From Gammaproteobacteria bacterium (GTDB taxonomy: Bacteria > Pseudomonadota > Gammaproteobacteria > Eutrophobiales > Eutrophobiaceae): 64,000 nucleotides of DNA. Position 1 is the stretch's first letter, and each line of letters starts with the position of its first letter. The stretch is from the NCBI GenBank assembly GCA_004297165.1, contig SCUJ01000011.1, forward strand, positions 5,809 through 69,808, in the 5' to 3' direction. Of the stretch, positions 42,213 through 52,550 are shown one piece after another. The notes under the pieces were generated by a model. That model was given only the letters and a program-made list of their open reading frames with translations. It did not search any database and was not told the origin of the DNA. The position numbers and the translations under genes are program-made.

Positions 42213-43240
42213 CGCACGCCCACCACCCGGCGCAGGACCACCCGGAAGAGCTTGCGCCACCAGGGGGCTTCCCTGCCGGCGCGTTCGCGCCATGCCAGTA
42301 ATTCTTCCAGGGCCTCCTCGGGCGTAACCTGCCGCGCCCGCGACCGGCTCAGATAACATGGATACAGAATCAGTGCACCGGCCGCAAGTTCATCGAGAGT
42401 AAGCCGGCGTGTGCGCCGGGGGATGGGCAGGATATCGGTCGTCAGTCCCCAGCCGGCATAAAACGGCTGGCCGTAACAGGTCACCCGCCGGCCGCGCAAG
42501 AGGGCCTCGAATCCGGCAAGCGAGGTCAGGACATGGACCTCCTCCACCTGGAGAAACATCTCATCCATTGAGACATCCACAACGATCTCGTCACACCACT
42601 GGCCGGCGGCATCTTCGGCGGCGCCGCGCGCGCGCAACCCGGCCACGACATCCGGATGAGGTTTGTACACCACATACGCATCCGGATGGGCCTTGCGCAC
42701 GGCCTGCAACAGACCCAGATTGGTACGGATGCCGGGGGCGCCACAGTCCAGCGCCGCATCGCTCTCCACCTGCCCTGGAACCAGGATCGCCCGCGCCACG
42801 CCCGCGGGCCGGCGCCAGACCGCGGCGCCGACATTGTATTTCGTCAGGCCGGCGTCAACGATGCGTCCACGCAGCGCTGCGGCGCGCGCAAGCATGGCGT
42901 CGGTGAATTCGGTTTGGGACAACAGGACTTCCAGATCGGAGGGGCGGGTCGCGTCGTAGTACATTCCGCGCCGGTCCACGACCCAGGAGAGCGGGCGGAT
43001 CAGATCGGCCCCGAGACCCACGGAGCGCAGGAAACCGTCTTCGAGCCGGACGATGCCGATCCCGCGGGCAGCGATATTATCCGGTATGGCGCGCATGCCC
43101 CAGACTGCAAGGGTCGCCTTATCCGGGACAGCGCGGAGATCCCGGACGAAACGCACCTCTTGTTCCGGGAAGCACAGACTCACGGAACGGCGCTTCCAGC
43201 GCGAAAAATCGAGGGCATATACCGGCGCAGTCTGCGACAC
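42209..43240 (-). CDS. kpsC: KpsC/WcbA-family beta-Kdo transferase, single domain resembling the C-terminal half
   Basis: RLEDGFLRSVGLGADL, YYDATRPSDLE, TKYN, PGQVESDA, YKPHPDV, TSLAGFEALLRG, PFYAGWGLT. About 343 aa from GTG at 43240; the longer ORF-track call runs into the tRNA. Confidence 0.82.
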   Translation of the reverse strand: MSQTAPVYALDFSRWKRRSVSLCFPEQEVRFVRDLRAVPDKATLAVWGMRAIPDNIAARGIGIVRLEDGFLRSVGLGADLIRPLSWVVDRRGMYYDATRPSDLEVLLSQTEFTDAMLARAAALRGRIVDAGLTKYNVGAAVWRRPAGVARAILVPGQVESDAALDCGAPGIRTNLGLLQAVRKAHPDAYVVYKPHPDVVAGLRARGAAEDAAGQWCDEIVVDVSMDEMFLQVEEVHVLTSLAGFEALLRGRRVTCYGQPFYAGWGLTTDILPIPRRTRRLTLDELAAGALILYPCYLSRSRARQVTPEEALEELLAWRERAGREAPWWRKLFRVVLRRVVGVR

Positions 43241-43324
43241 CGTTAAACAACCACAAAGCGCCGCGCCATCAGATCCTCCCTCTGCTCGCACTACCATCCG
43301 CGCCGGCCGATGACATTGAAAGGT

Positions 43325-43400
43325 TGGTGGCCAGGGACAGAATTGAACTGCCGACACAGGGATTTTCAGTCCCCTGCTCTACCAACTGAGCTACCTGGCC
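43325..43400 (-). tRNA. tRNA-Phe (GAA)
   Basis: Reverse complement is GGCCAGGTAGCTCAGTTGGTAGAGCAGGGGACTGAAAATCCCTGTGTCGGCAGTTCAATTCTGTCCCTGGCCACCA, 76 nt. Confidence 0.97.
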
Positions 43401-43456
43401 TTGATTTCAGGAGGGCGTATTAAATCGTCCGGACCGTCCCGCGTCAAGCTGAGTCT

Positions 43457-43726
43457 TCAGCGCGGCGGCGTGTACTGGTCGGGCGGTGCGGAACCTTCGC
43501 CGAAGAAATATTTCTCCATCTCCTCTTCCAGAAATTTCCGGGCCTTGGGTTCGATGGGCGAAAGCCGGTATTCGTTGATGAGCATGGTCTGACGCCCCAG
43601 CCACTGCCGCCAGCCTTCCTGCGAGACATTTTCGAAGATCCGTTTACCGAGCGCGCCGGGATAAGGCGGGGCATTGAGACCGGGGGCCTCCTTATGGAGC
43701 TTCACGCACTGCACCATTCTTGTCAT
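43457..43726 (-). CDS. yggX: Oxidative damage protection / Fe(II)-trafficking protein
   Basis: [37 protein letters not shown]; follows mutY. Confidence 0.93.
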   Translation of the reverse strand: MTRMVQCVKLHKEAPGLNAPPYPGALGKRIFENVSQEGWRQWLGRQTMLINEYRLSPIEPKARKFLEEEMEKYFFGEGSAPPDQYTPPR

Positions 43727-44784
43727 TCATGATCCTCGGAGTATGGAAACCGGTTTTCGATCAGGTCCCGCACCGGGCCCGGCAAACCGATGCGTCTATT
43801 ATCCCCGTTCGGCCGGTACCAGTACAGATTGACGGCATCCCGGATCCGATCAGGCGCGGGCTGCACAACGGCATGCACAGGTTCGATCTCCAGGCGGAAA
43901 TGGCTGAACCCATGGTGGAAAGAACGCCCGAATTCGTATCCCCGGGAGACGAGAGCGAAGCGTTCGGCGATCCAGGCGTTCAACTCCGCGCCGGGATCGC
44001 ATTCCGGGAGGCTCCACAGGCCGCCCCAGACGCCCGTGGGTGGACGTTGCTCCAGCAGGATCCTCCCACTCGCATCTTGCAGCAGAAGCATGCGGGTATG
44101 CCGGAGGGGCAGGGGGCGTCGTGGCCGCGGCGCCGGCAGGTCAGCCTGGATCCCGGCCTGCAACGCCTGACAGTCGCCGGCAACCGGACAAATCCCGCAT
44201 TGTGGTCGCCGCCGGGTACAGACCAGCGCCCCGAGGTCCATGATCGCCTGGGTGTAAGCGGCGATCTCCTGTTCCGGCAACAGTTCTTCAGCGAGCCGCC
44301 ATAACCTTTTTTCCACGGCGCCTCCGGGCCAATCCTGGATGGCGAAATAACGGGAGAGGACGCGTTTGACGTTGCCGTCGAGTATGGCCGCTCGTTGATC
44401 GTAGGCCAGCGCCAGGATGGCCGCCGCCGTGGAGCGACCAATACCGGGCAATTCACGCAGTTCAGCGATGCTGGCCGGCAGATGTCCACGATGCCGGTCG
44501 CGGATCAGACACGCGGCGGCGTGGAGATTCCGCGCCCGCGAGTAGTAACCGAGGCCGGTCCAATAATGCAGGACCTCATCGAGCGGCGTGGCGGCGAGTG
44601 CATGTATATCAGGGAACCGCGCCATAAAGCGCTCGAAAAAGGGGATGACAGTAACGACCTGTGTCTGTTGCAACATCACCTCGGATATCCAGACGCGGTA
44701 GGGTGTCCGGGGCCGCTGCCAGGGCAGGTCATGCCGGCCGGAATGCCGGAACCAGCCAAGCAGGTTCGCGGCGAAATCACTCAT
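43723..44784 (-). CDS. mutY: A/G-specific adenine glycosylase
   Basis: [59 protein letters not shown]. Confidence 0.97.
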   Translation of the reverse strand: MSDFAANLLGWFRHSGRHDLPWQRPRTPYRVWISEVMLQQTQVVTVIPFFERFMARFPDIHALAATPLDEVLHYWTGLGYYSRARNLHAAACLIRDRHRGHLPASIAELRELPGIGRSTAAAILALAYDQRAAILDGNVKRVLSRYFAIQDWPGGAVEKRLWRLAEELLPEQEIAAYTQAIMDLGALVCTRRRPQCGICPVAGDCQALQAGIQADLPAPRPRRPLPLRHTRMLLLQDASGRILLEQRPPTGVWGGLWSLPECDPGAELNAWIAERFALVSRGYEFGRSFHHGFSHFRLEIEPVHAVVQPAPDRIRDAVNLYWYRPNGDNRRIGLPGPVRDLIENRFPYSEDHE

Positions 44785-45319
44785 GCGCGGCCAATGCCTC
44801 GATCCTGTCGATGACCGCGCCGGCCTCCCGGACGAGTTTGCGTTGCAGGATATACGGGCCGATTACCGGAGGTATCCAGAACGCGGGCACGACCGTGCCG
44901 GAGAGATGCACGCGGCTCGCCCCGGCCCGGGCCTCCTGCACCTCGCAGGCGAGCGCACCCTGGCGGAAATCGCTCTCGCCGGGGATGAGCGTTGCAGCGA
45001 TGAACCCCGGCCCGCGTTCCACGATCTCGCCAACCGCCTTGACGTGAAAACAGTAGAACAGGATGCAGGTATGCGCCCTGAGCCGCAGACGCAACGGTTG
45101 TGTGGAGATCAGGGTCGCTTCATCCAGCACCGGGCTGATCCGTTCCAGGCGCTCATAATCCGTGAGGATGGCATGCACCGTGTCGCTGTTCGCGTCCATA
45201 TCGGCATCGACGTGGACAATATACTCACCACCCCGGTGCAGCAGTCCGGCGTGGCGCAATTCTCCGGGCTGCGCCGCGAGCGGGATCAGCGCGGCAAGAT
45301 ACAGAAACCGCAGATTCAA
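44777..45319 (-). CDS. Exported SRPBCC/START-fold (polyketide cyclase-like) protein
   Basis: Signal-peptide-like N-terminus, V.AILTDYERL..ISP, CILFYC, P.FWIPPVIGP followed by a C-terminal helix. Confidence 0.7.
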   Translation of the reverse strand: MNLRFLYLAALIPLAAQPGELRHAGLLHRGGEYIVHVDADMDANSDTVHAILTDYERLERISPVLDEATLISTQPLRLRLRAHTCILFYCFHVKAVGEIVERGPGFIAATLIPGESDFRQGALACEVQEARAGASRVHLSGTVVPAFWIPPVIGPYILQRKLVREAGAVIDRIEALAAHE

Positions 45320-48300
45320 TCAGAGCCCCAGACCTCGCAAGGCATCCCGCATCTTCTTCACCGGATCGGTTGCCGGGGCCTGCTGTTCCGTGGGGTCTCC
45401 GGTGGTCCCCTGCTCTCCCGCGGCGCCATCCACCGGTTGTTGTTGCGCGCCCGGTAACGGCAAGACCCTGGTGGGGAGGGTGAGCACTCGCTCGATGGCC
45501 TTCAAGCCCAGGGCCGCGATCAGTTTGGCGGCGTCACACTCGCGCCTGGGTTCGTCCACGGGACCATGGATCCGGCAATCCAGCGGCACGCCTTCGAGTT
45601 TGCCTTGCTGGAGTTCCCTCCCACCCTGTCCGGTGGAGGTGGCGACGAGCCGCGCGGTGATGGTGTAATCCATGACCTGATTCCGCAGATCAGTAATCAC
45701 CCCCGCGCCGCCCAACCGCACCGCCGGGGATTTGCCCGTGAGATCGTCCAACCGGATCACGCCATTTTCAGCCACGGGATTGCCGGTGATCTCGGTGAAG
45801 TCCGTTTCCTCCCGGTCGGAGACCTTGAGCGAAAAATTGGTCTGCAACTGGTTGGCCATGCGCAGGATCTTGCCCAGGTTATAACCCTTGATGGCGCCAT
45901 CCTTGAATCTGAAGCTCATCTTGCCGTTCAGCGTCTGTTTCATGGCGAAGGTGTCCGCCCCCGCCGCGGACAACGCGGCGCTGAAGTCCCCGGTCCCGCG
46001 GACCCTGGCCTTGCCCTTGACGTCGGCCATCAGCGGTTCCACCTGGATGCCGGAGAGCGCCGCATTCAGGGTCATGCGCGGGAGATCGTCTTTGACATTG
46101 AGGGCGAGATCCCCTGTGAAGCCCCCCTGATAAAGGCTCGCGGTCGAGGGATCGAGCTTGATCTCGCCGTTGCCGGCGGTGAGTTTCAGGCGGAGATCGG
46201 CGAGCCTCGCCTTGGACAGGATCATCTGCCCGATGCGCAGTTCCCCCTCCGCGTTCAGATTCCTGAGGGTCTCCACCGGCAGCGGTGTGGTTGTCGCGTC
46301 TTGCGGTTCGCCCTTCCTGGTCTTTGCCTCCTTCACCGGGAGGTAGCGATCGAGATCGATGCTGTCGACATCCAGATTGAAACGGTAGGCGGGACTGCCG
46401 AAGTCATGCACCGAGAGCCGCCCATCCATGCGGGTGTCATCGAGGACGAGACCCAGGCTGTTCACATCGAGATCGCTCCGCGTGCCCTGGAAGGCCGAGT
46501 TGAGCGCCACCTTGCGCAGGGTCGCGGCATCCGCGGTGTCCGGGACCTTCAGGTTCATCTGCCTCAGCAGCTCCCGCAGGTTGAATTCCTCCACGCGCAA
46601 TTCACCCTGGTAATCGGGGTCCGAAACGAACCGGGTCGCGGACAGGTGTCCGTTGACATCGAGCCCGAGCCCCCGGATCCGCAATCCTTCTACTGCCAGG
46701 TTTTGCTGTTCGAGATCCATCGTAGCCTTCGCGTTCATGGCCAGATTGACCGGGGACCCAGGGATCTGATCGCCGGCAAACAGGGCCTTCAGGGAAAACG
46801 GCTCAAGCACGACGTTGCGCCGCCCGCCGTCGATGCCGAGGTCGAGGATGAAGGATTGCAGCGAACCCGCCAGGTCCTTGTGGCCGATAGCCCGCAACAC
46901 CGCCGGCAACTCCTGGCCAATGACCGCGAAATTCCCCTTTACGGCGCCGGAATCGCCCTTCATGTCCGTGGCGTTCAGGATCCCGGTGATGTTGATCCCG
47001 AGTCCGGAGAGGGACAGGGCCGGCAGGTCGATATCCCCGGATTCGAGGTTCGCGACAAAACGCGCGATCGCCGCGAATGCCTTCTTATCCGCCGGGACCG
47101 CGCTCAGGTCCTTGCCGTAGACCGCCAGCGGTGAATCCTCTCCGCCCGTGACCACGCCGGCCACCTGCATGAGGGTCGGGAGATCCGGCCCCGCGGCCTC
47201 GATGGTTCCCGTCAGCGCGCCCTTGCCCGCGCCCGCATTGTCAGAGGCTATCTCGCCCTTGATATTCGCGCCCAGCATCGCCAGGGTGAAATCGGGCAAG
47301 GCGATCTTGCCCTCTTCCAGATCCGCATCGAGTTTCAGGACCATGCTGTAGCCGCGATCGCGCAGTCTCGCGAGCTGCGTGGCCAGGGGCTCGACCTCCA
47401 TGACCTTGAATGGCAGGGCGATATCGGCCCCGGTCACATTGACGTCCGCCGTTACTCCAGGCAAGCGCGCCGCGAGATCCGCCACCGTTACCGTGCCATT
47501 GAGTTTGGCGCCGAGGGCATCCAGATCGAGATCGGCGAGGGTGACGGTTTGGGATTCCGTGTCGATATCGACATTGCCGGTAAAGGTCATGCGGGACTGG
47601 CCCTCAGGCAGGGCCGCGCTACGCACGAGCGAGGCAATCGTAACCGGCCGGATCCGGATCATGTCATCGCCACTGGCATACGAGACCACGCCTTTCAGTT
47701 CCGTCTCCGCCGACACCTCCGGCCGGTCGGAGGCGGCGGTAAAGTGCATGGTCAGATCGACGGGCTCGCCGGAGACGAGCTCGCCGCTCTCGAGGTTGAG
47801 ATCCAGGATCGCATAACGTCTGTCCTGCATGCGGTCATCGTAAGTGACGCGCGCGTCGCTGAGGTTGACCCCGCCGACCACGAAGGCGGCCAGCGGCATA
47901 TCAACACCCGCCCCGGCGGCATGGCCGAGGAGATCGCTCCAGTTACGCTCCCCGGTGGCATCGACTTCCAGATTGATCTCCGCTCCCTGGATTCGAATGG
48001 TATCCACCTCGTAACTCCCCCACAGCAGGGGCAGGAGTTTGAGGCGCACGGCCAGGTTATCGGCGCGCAGGAAGGATGCGGAGGGAAATCCCGGCCGGTT
48101 GCTGAAGGTCACATCGGCGGCAGTGACCCCGAGCCAGGGGAAGATATCCACCTCCAGATCGCCGTTAACTTGCAGTTCGCGTCCGGTGGCCTCCCGGATC
48201 TTGCCGCTGATCCAGTTTTTGTAATCGTCCTGCCCCAGGGTCGCCACCGCGATGGCAACCGCAAGCACCACTACCAGCACGAGGCCGGCCATGCCGGCGA

Positions 48301-48322
48301 TGAGTTTCACTACGATCTTCAT
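45320..48322 (-). CDS. AsmA family protein (1000 aa)
   Basis: N-terminal TM, EATGREL.VNGDL...IFPWLG, L.LKLLPLL, DLDRYLP, LYQG, DGAIKG.NL, TDF; asmA-mutY-yggX synteny. Confidence 0.88.
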   Translation of the reverse strand: MKIVVKLIAGMAGLVLVVVLAVAIAVATLGQDDYKNWISGKIREATGRELQVNGDLEVDIFPWLGVTAADVTFSNRPGFPSASFLRADNLAVRLKLLPLLWGSYEVDTIRIQGAEINLEVDATGERNWSDLLGHAAGAGVDMPLAAFVVGGVNLSDARVTYDDRMQDRRYAILDLNLESGELVSGEPVDLTMHFTAASDRPEVSAETELKGVVSYASGDDMIRIRPVTIASLVRSAALPEGQSRMTFTGNVDIDTESQTVTLADLDLDALGAKLNGTVTVADLAARLPGVTADVNVTGADIALPFKVMEVEPLATQLARLRDRGYSMVLKLDADLEEGKIALPDFTLAMLGANIKGEIASDNAGAGKGALTGTIEAAGPDLPTLMQVAGVVTGGEDSPLAVYGKDLSAVPADKKAFAAIARFVANLESGDIDLPALSLSGLGINITGILNATDMKGDSGAVKGNFAVIGQELPAVLRAIGHKDLAGSLQSFILDLGIDGGRRNVVLEPFSLKALFAGDQIPGSPVNLAMNAKATMDLEQQNLAVEGLRIRGLGLDVNGHLSATRFVSDPDYQGELRVEEFNLRELLRQMNLKVPDTADAATLRKVALNSAFQGTRSDLDVNSLGLVLDDTRMDGRLSVHDFGSPAYRFNLDVDSIDLDRYLPVKEAKTRKGEPQDATTTPLPVETLRNLNAEGELRIGQMILSKARLADLRLKLTAGNGEIKLDPSTASLYQGGFTGDLALNVKDDLPRMTLNAALSGIQVEPLMADVKGKARVRGTGDFSAALSAAGADTFAMKQTLNGKMSFRFKDGAIKGYNLGKILRMANQLQTNFSLKVSDREETDFTEITGNPVAENGVIRLDDLTGKSPAVRLGGAGVITDLRNQVMDYTITARLVATSTGQGGRELQQGKLEGVPLDCRIHGPVDEPRRECDAAKLIAALGLKAIERVLTLPTRVLPLPGAQQQPVDGAAGEQGTTGDPTEQQAPATDPVKKMRDALRGLGL

Positions 48323-48335
48323 GTGGACCTCCCGC

Positions 48336-49739
48336 TTACACGCAGAGTCTGGAAAGTTCCTCCCGCGCCTGTTTTACCGCCTGTCTGACCCGCGCGGGCG
48401 CCGTCCCGCCGACATGATCCCTGGCCTTTACCGAACCCGCCGGCTCCAGGCAGGGAAAGACATCGGCGTCGATCCGGTCGCTGAAGCGGCGCAGTTCTTC
48501 GAGTTCGAGCCCGGCGAGGTCCTTGCCATGCCGGATGGCGTACTGTACCGCGGCCCCGACAACGGCGTGGGCATCCCTGAAGGCGAGACCCTTTTTCGCC
48601 AGGTAATCGGCAAGATCGGTCGCCGTGGTATAGCCCTGCAATGTTGCCTGACGCATCGCCTCCGGCTTAACGGCGATCGCGGGGATCAGTCCGGCATAAG
48701 CCATGAGCGCCGCCTTCACGGTATCCAGGGCATCGAAAAGGATCTCCTTGTCCTCCTGATTATCCCGATTATAGGCCAGCGGCTGGGCCTTCATAAGGGT
48801 AAGGCCCGCCAGCAGGTCGCCAAAGACCCGCGCGCTCTTGCCCCGCACCAGCTCAGGGACATCCGGATTCTTCTTTTGCGGCATGATCGAGGAGCCGGTG
48901 CAAAAGGCGTCGTCGATATCGATGAAGCCGAAACGCGGCGAGATCCACAGGATTAATTCCTCGGAAAAACGGGACAGATGCATCATGATGAGGGCGGCGA
49001 CCGCGCAGAACTCGATGACGAAGTCCCGATCGCTCACGGCGTCCAGCGAATTGCGGCTGATCTCGGCGAAACCCAGGAGCCCGGCGGCATACTCCCGATC
49101 GATGGGATAAACCGTCCCGGCGAGCGCCGCGGAACCGAGCGGCATGACATCGATCCGGCGGCGGCATTCGTTCAAGCGATCGAAATCTCGCCGGAGCATC
49201 TCGTACCAGGCCAGCATGTGGTGCCCGAAGGTCACGGGCTGCGCGGCCTGCATGTGGGTGAAGCCCGGCATGATGGTAGCGGCCTCCTGGTCTGCGAGGT
49301 TCACCAGGGCCTGCATGACCTCGATTACGCGGGCGCGGAGCGTTGCGGTCTCGTCCCGCAGATACAGGCGCAGATCGGTCGCCACCTGATCGTTGCGCGA
49401 CCTCCCCGTGTGCAGCTTCTTGCCCACCTCGCCGATGCGCTCGACCAGGGCTGTTTCGATGTTCATGTGCACATCTTCCAGGGCCGTCTTCCATTCGAAC
49501 TTCCCGGCCTCGATATCCCCTTCGATCCCTTCCAGCCCCGCGACGATCTGATCGCATTCCGCCGCGGCGATGACGCCGACCTTCGCCAGCATGCGGACGT
49601 GGGCGATCGACCCCATGATGTCGTGGCGGTAGAGGCGGCGATCGAAAGACACGGATTCCGTGAAGGTTTCCACAAAACTGTCGGTGGCTGCTGAGAATCG
49701 CCCGCCCCAGGGCTTTACTGTCGGCTGTCGGGATGTCAT
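48336..49739 (-). CDS. argH: Argininosuccinate lyase
   Basis: [35 protein letters not shown]. Confidence 0.97.
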   Translation of the reverse strand: MTSRQPTVKPWGGRFSAATDSFVETFTESVSFDRRLYRHDIMGSIAHVRMLAKVGVIAAAECDQIVAGLEGIEGDIEAGKFEWKTALEDVHMNIETALVERIGEVGKKLHTGRSRNDQVATDLRLYLRDETATLRARVIEVMQALVNLADQEAATIMPGFTHMQAAQPVTFGHHMLAWYEMLRRDFDRLNECRRRIDVMPLGSAALAGTVYPIDREYAAGLLGFAEISRNSLDAVSDRDFVIEFCAVAALIMMHLSRFSEELILWISPRFGFIDIDDAFCTGSSIMPQKKNPDVPELVRGKSARVFGDLLAGLTLMKAQPLAYNRDNQEDKEILFDALDTVKAALMAYAGLIPAIAVKPEAMRQATLQGYTTATDLADYLAKKGLAFRDAHAVVGAAVQYAIRHGKDLAGLELEELRRFSDRIDADVFPCLEPAGSVKARDHVGGTAPARVRQAVKQAREELSRLCV

Positions 49740-49790
49740 CTTTGTCTGCCAGTTGCGCGGTCTGAACTCTGGTAGGAGACAGTATACCCC

Positions 49791-50867
49791 ATGCCCAACG
49801 GAAACCCGCCCTCATCGCCGTTAACGGATTCCTTTCTGCCGGATTTCTGCGGCACCCGCATGGTGTTCGTGGTGGTCATCGCCGCCGAATTGCTCGCCGT
49901 CACCCTGTGCCTCGCCCGTCTGCCCGCGGCGGAGAATCCCTGGCTCGGGCTGGCCCTTTATTCATTATTCATTCAATGGTGCGCCCTGGGTTGCACCGCG
50001 GTGCTTTGTCTCAGCCGCGCCCGGCTCAATCGCTTGAACGACAAATCGGCGGCGGGCCTAGCCTATCTGCTCTGTCTCCTGACCTGTTATCTGATCAGCG
50101 AGATCACCTGGCTCATCTTCCAGCGCTGGTTGGGTTTTACCGGCATATTTTCCAGCACGCACGGGATGTTCCTCGCGCAGAGCATGGGCATCAGCGCCAT
50201 CACGACCGCGCTGGGACTGCGTTATTTCTATGTCCAGCATCAACTCCGGCTGCGGATCCGCTCGGAGGGCGAGGCCCGCTATCAGGCCCTGCAGTCCCGG
50301 ATCCGGCCGCATTTCCTGTTCAATTGCATGAATACCATTGCGAGCCTCATCCGCCGCGATCCCCGCAAGGCCGAACAGGCGGTAGAGGACCTCGCCGATC
50401 TGTTTCGCGCGGCGCTCGAAGACGGCCGGCAATACTGCACCCTGCGGGAAGAGGTCGATCTGTGCAAACGCTACCTGAACATCGAACAACAACGCCTTGG
50501 CAACCGTCTCGCAGTGAGTTGGGACATCGCCGCGCTGCCCGATGACCTTACGTTGCCGGCGCTCTGCCTGCAGCCGCTGGTCGAGAACGCCATTCATCAT
50601 GGCATAGAAAACCTGCCCACTGGCGGGACGATCACGATACGCGGGGAACGCCGGACCCTGTACGCCAGCATCATCGTGGAAAATCCTTTGCCGGCGAACG
50701 GATCGGCGCCCGCGTCCGGACATCGCCTGGCGCAGGACAACATCCGCCAGCGGCTCGCAAGCCTGCACGATCTCAGCGATCCGCTCAAGGTCAGCGCCGA
50801 ACACGGCCGCTACCGGGTAACACTGACCATTCCCTACGATCATGAAGATACTGATAGTCGACGATGA
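49791..50867 (+). CDS. algZ: LytS-type sensor kinase AlgZ/FimS
   Basis: FLPDFC, TM helices, [26 protein letters not shown]; argH-algZ-algR synteny. Confidence 0.88.
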   Translation: MPNGNPPSSPLTDSFLPDFCGTRMVFVVVIAAELLAVTLCLARLPAAENPWLGLALYSLFIQWCALGCTAVLCLSRARLNRLNDKSAAGLAYLLCLLTCYLISEITWLIFQRWLGFTGIFSSTHGMFLAQSMGISAITTALGLRYFYVQHQLRLRIRSEGEARYQALQSRIRPHFLFNCMNTIASLIRRDPRKAEQAVEDLADLFRAALEDGRQYCTLREEVDLCKRYLNIEQQRLGNRLAVSWDIAALPDDLTLPALCLQPLVENAIHHGIENLPTGGTITIRGERRTLYASIIVENPLPANGSAPASGHRLAQDNIRQRLASLHDLSDPLKVSAEHGRYRVTLTIPYDHEDTDSRR

Positions 50868-51585
50868 GGAACCCGCGCGCGCGCGGCTTCACGATCTCCT
50901 GCGGGAGATCGACCCGGAGATCGAGATTGCCGAGGCGGAGAACGGCAAGGCCGCGCTGCAAACGGCCGGACGGGATGACTTCGACCTGGTGCTGATGGAT
51001 ATCCGGATGCCGGTCATGAACGGACTGGAGGCGGCCTATCACCTCAGCCGGATGCAGCCCGCCCCGGCGGTGGTCTTCGCCACGGCCTATCAGGATCACG
51101 CCCTCGCGGCCTTCGAGGCCAATGCCGTGGATTACCTTCTCAAACCCATCCGGCGCGATCGCCTGCAGCAGGCCATGGAGCGCGCCCGCATCGTCTCGCG
51201 GGCCCGGATGGAGAATGTCCTGGCGCGCGAGCCCGGACGTCCCGCCCGCGGTTTTCTGGTGGCGACCAACGCCCGGCGCACGGAGCTCGTCCCGGTGGAG
51301 GAAATCTTTTATTTCAAGGCCGAGGAAAAATATGTCATGGCCGGTTGCGGCGATCGGGAGATCGTGATCGAGGAACCGCTCAAATCCCTGGAAGAGGAGT
51401 TTGGCGACCGGTTTCTACGCATCCATCGCAACGCCCTGGTCGCCGTGGCCCACATTGGATCCCTGCAACGCGAACCCGATGGCGGCGTGAGCCTGAGTCT
51501 GCGCGATAGCGGCATGAAATTGGCGGTGAGCCGGCGGCATTTGCCGGATGTGCGCAAGGCGATCCGGAGGATGGTAAAAAATTAA
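50842..51585 (+). CDS. algR: LytTR response regulator AlgR
   Basis: IVDDE.PAR.RL, DIRMP, AVDYLLKP, FKAEEKYV, FLRIHRNALV, VSRRH. Confidence 0.9.
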   Translation: MKILIVDDEEPARARLHDLLREIDPEIEIAEAENGKAALQTAGRDDFDLVLMDIRMPVMNGLEAAYHLSRMQPAPAVVFATAYQDHALAAFEANAVDYLLKPIRRDRLQQAMERARIVSRARMENVLAREPGRPARGFLVATNARRTELVPVEEIFYFKAEEKYVMAGCGDREIVIEEPLKSLEEEFGDRFLRIHRNALVAVAHIGSLQREPDGGVSLSLRDSGMKLAVSRRHLPDVRKAIRRMVKN

Positions 51586-51599
51586 AAACAGCGAGCTAA

Positions 51600-51732
51600 G
51601 GAAGCTCTGAACAATTGCCAATTTCCATTGGTCGTCTATCCGGCGAAGGCCGGAATCCAGTCAAAACAATTATGTCTACTGGATGCCGGGGCAAGCCCGG
51701 CAAGACGGGGTAGGTGTTCGTGAAGTAGTTCC
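51600..51732. mobile_element. MITE-like repeat, copy 1 (133 bp)
   Basis: CTAA|GGAAGCTCTGAACAA...GTTCC|TTAA. Internal hairpins TCCGGC-GAAG-GCCGGA, ATCCAGT..ACTGGAT and TGCCGGG-GCAAG-CCCGGCA. Closely similar copy at 57379-57510. Confidence 0.8.
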
Positions 51733-52467
51733 TTAACCTCCGAGATCGCCCCAAAGAATCTGACATGCACTCAAGGCCGCGACCGCCGCAGTCTCGGTGC
51801 GTAACACCCTAGGACCGAGCCGTACCCCGGTATAACCCTCCCGCAACGCAATCTGCACTTCGTCCCTGCTGAATCCCCCCTCGGGCCCGCACAACAGGCT
51901 GAGGGCGCCGCCGGGTTCCGGGATATCACCCAGCGAATGGTCGCTCTCGGGATCCAGGATCAGGCGCAGGGAGTTCGTATCCTGCGCCAACCATTCGTTG
52001 AAGCTTATGGGCGGGCTGAGCGTGGGGAGCTGGTTGCGTCCGCATTGCTCGCAGGCATGGATGACGATCCCTTCCCAGTGTCGCAAACGCGATTCGATCC
52101 GTTCATCCTTCAGACTGACATTGCCATGCCCGGTCAGGATCGGGACGATGCGCTTCACTCCCAGCTCCACGGCCTTCTGAATGGCATAATCCATGCGCTG
52201 ACCGCGCGAAATGCCCTGGGCGAGGAGGATGTCGAGATTCGATTCCCGTTCCTCTTCCTTGAAGACGAGCAGTTCAACCTCCACCTGCCGTTTACCGATC
52301 GAAACGATCCGCGCCTCATGACGGCCGCCCCGGCCATTAAAAACGTGCAACGCCTCGCCGATGCGCAGCCGTAACACCCTGCTGAGGTGATGGGAGACCG
52401 CCTCGGGGAGATTGATATTGGAGTGTGGCGGAAGCGGTTGATCCGTGTAGACTCGAACGATGCGCAT
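51733..52467 (-). CDS. rsmE: 16S rRNA (uracil-1498-N3)-methyltransferase
   Basis: HHLSRVLRL, QKAVELGV, ACEQCGR, GPEGGFS, LGPRVLRTETA. Confidence 0.96.
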   Translation of the reverse strand: MRIVRVYTDQPLPPHSNINLPEAVSHHLSRVLRLRIGEALHVFNGRGGRHEARIVSIGKRQVEVELLVFKEEERESNLDILLAQGISRGQRMDYAIQKAVELGVKRIVPILTGHGNVSLKDERIESRLRHWEGIVIHACEQCGRNQLPTLSPPISFNEWLAQDTNSLRLILDPESDHSLGDIPEPGGALSLLCGPEGGFSRDEVQIALREGYTGVRLGPRVLRTETAAVAALSACQILWGDLGG

Positions 52468-52550
52468 CTGACATCCGGGTGTTTTGATTAGCCTTGTGCG
52501 GGTAGTTTATAGTAACCGCCTTCACTAAACCTACCGCCGGATCCTGACCC

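Noticed and set aside
43241-43357. N-terminal extension of the kpsC ORF
   Set aside because: It runs into tRNA-Phe; GTG at 43240 is a more plausible start.
39432-43400. Intact integrative island at tRNA-Phe or tRNA-Gly
   Set aside because: No integrase was found and no duplicated tRNA 3' end was seen by eye.
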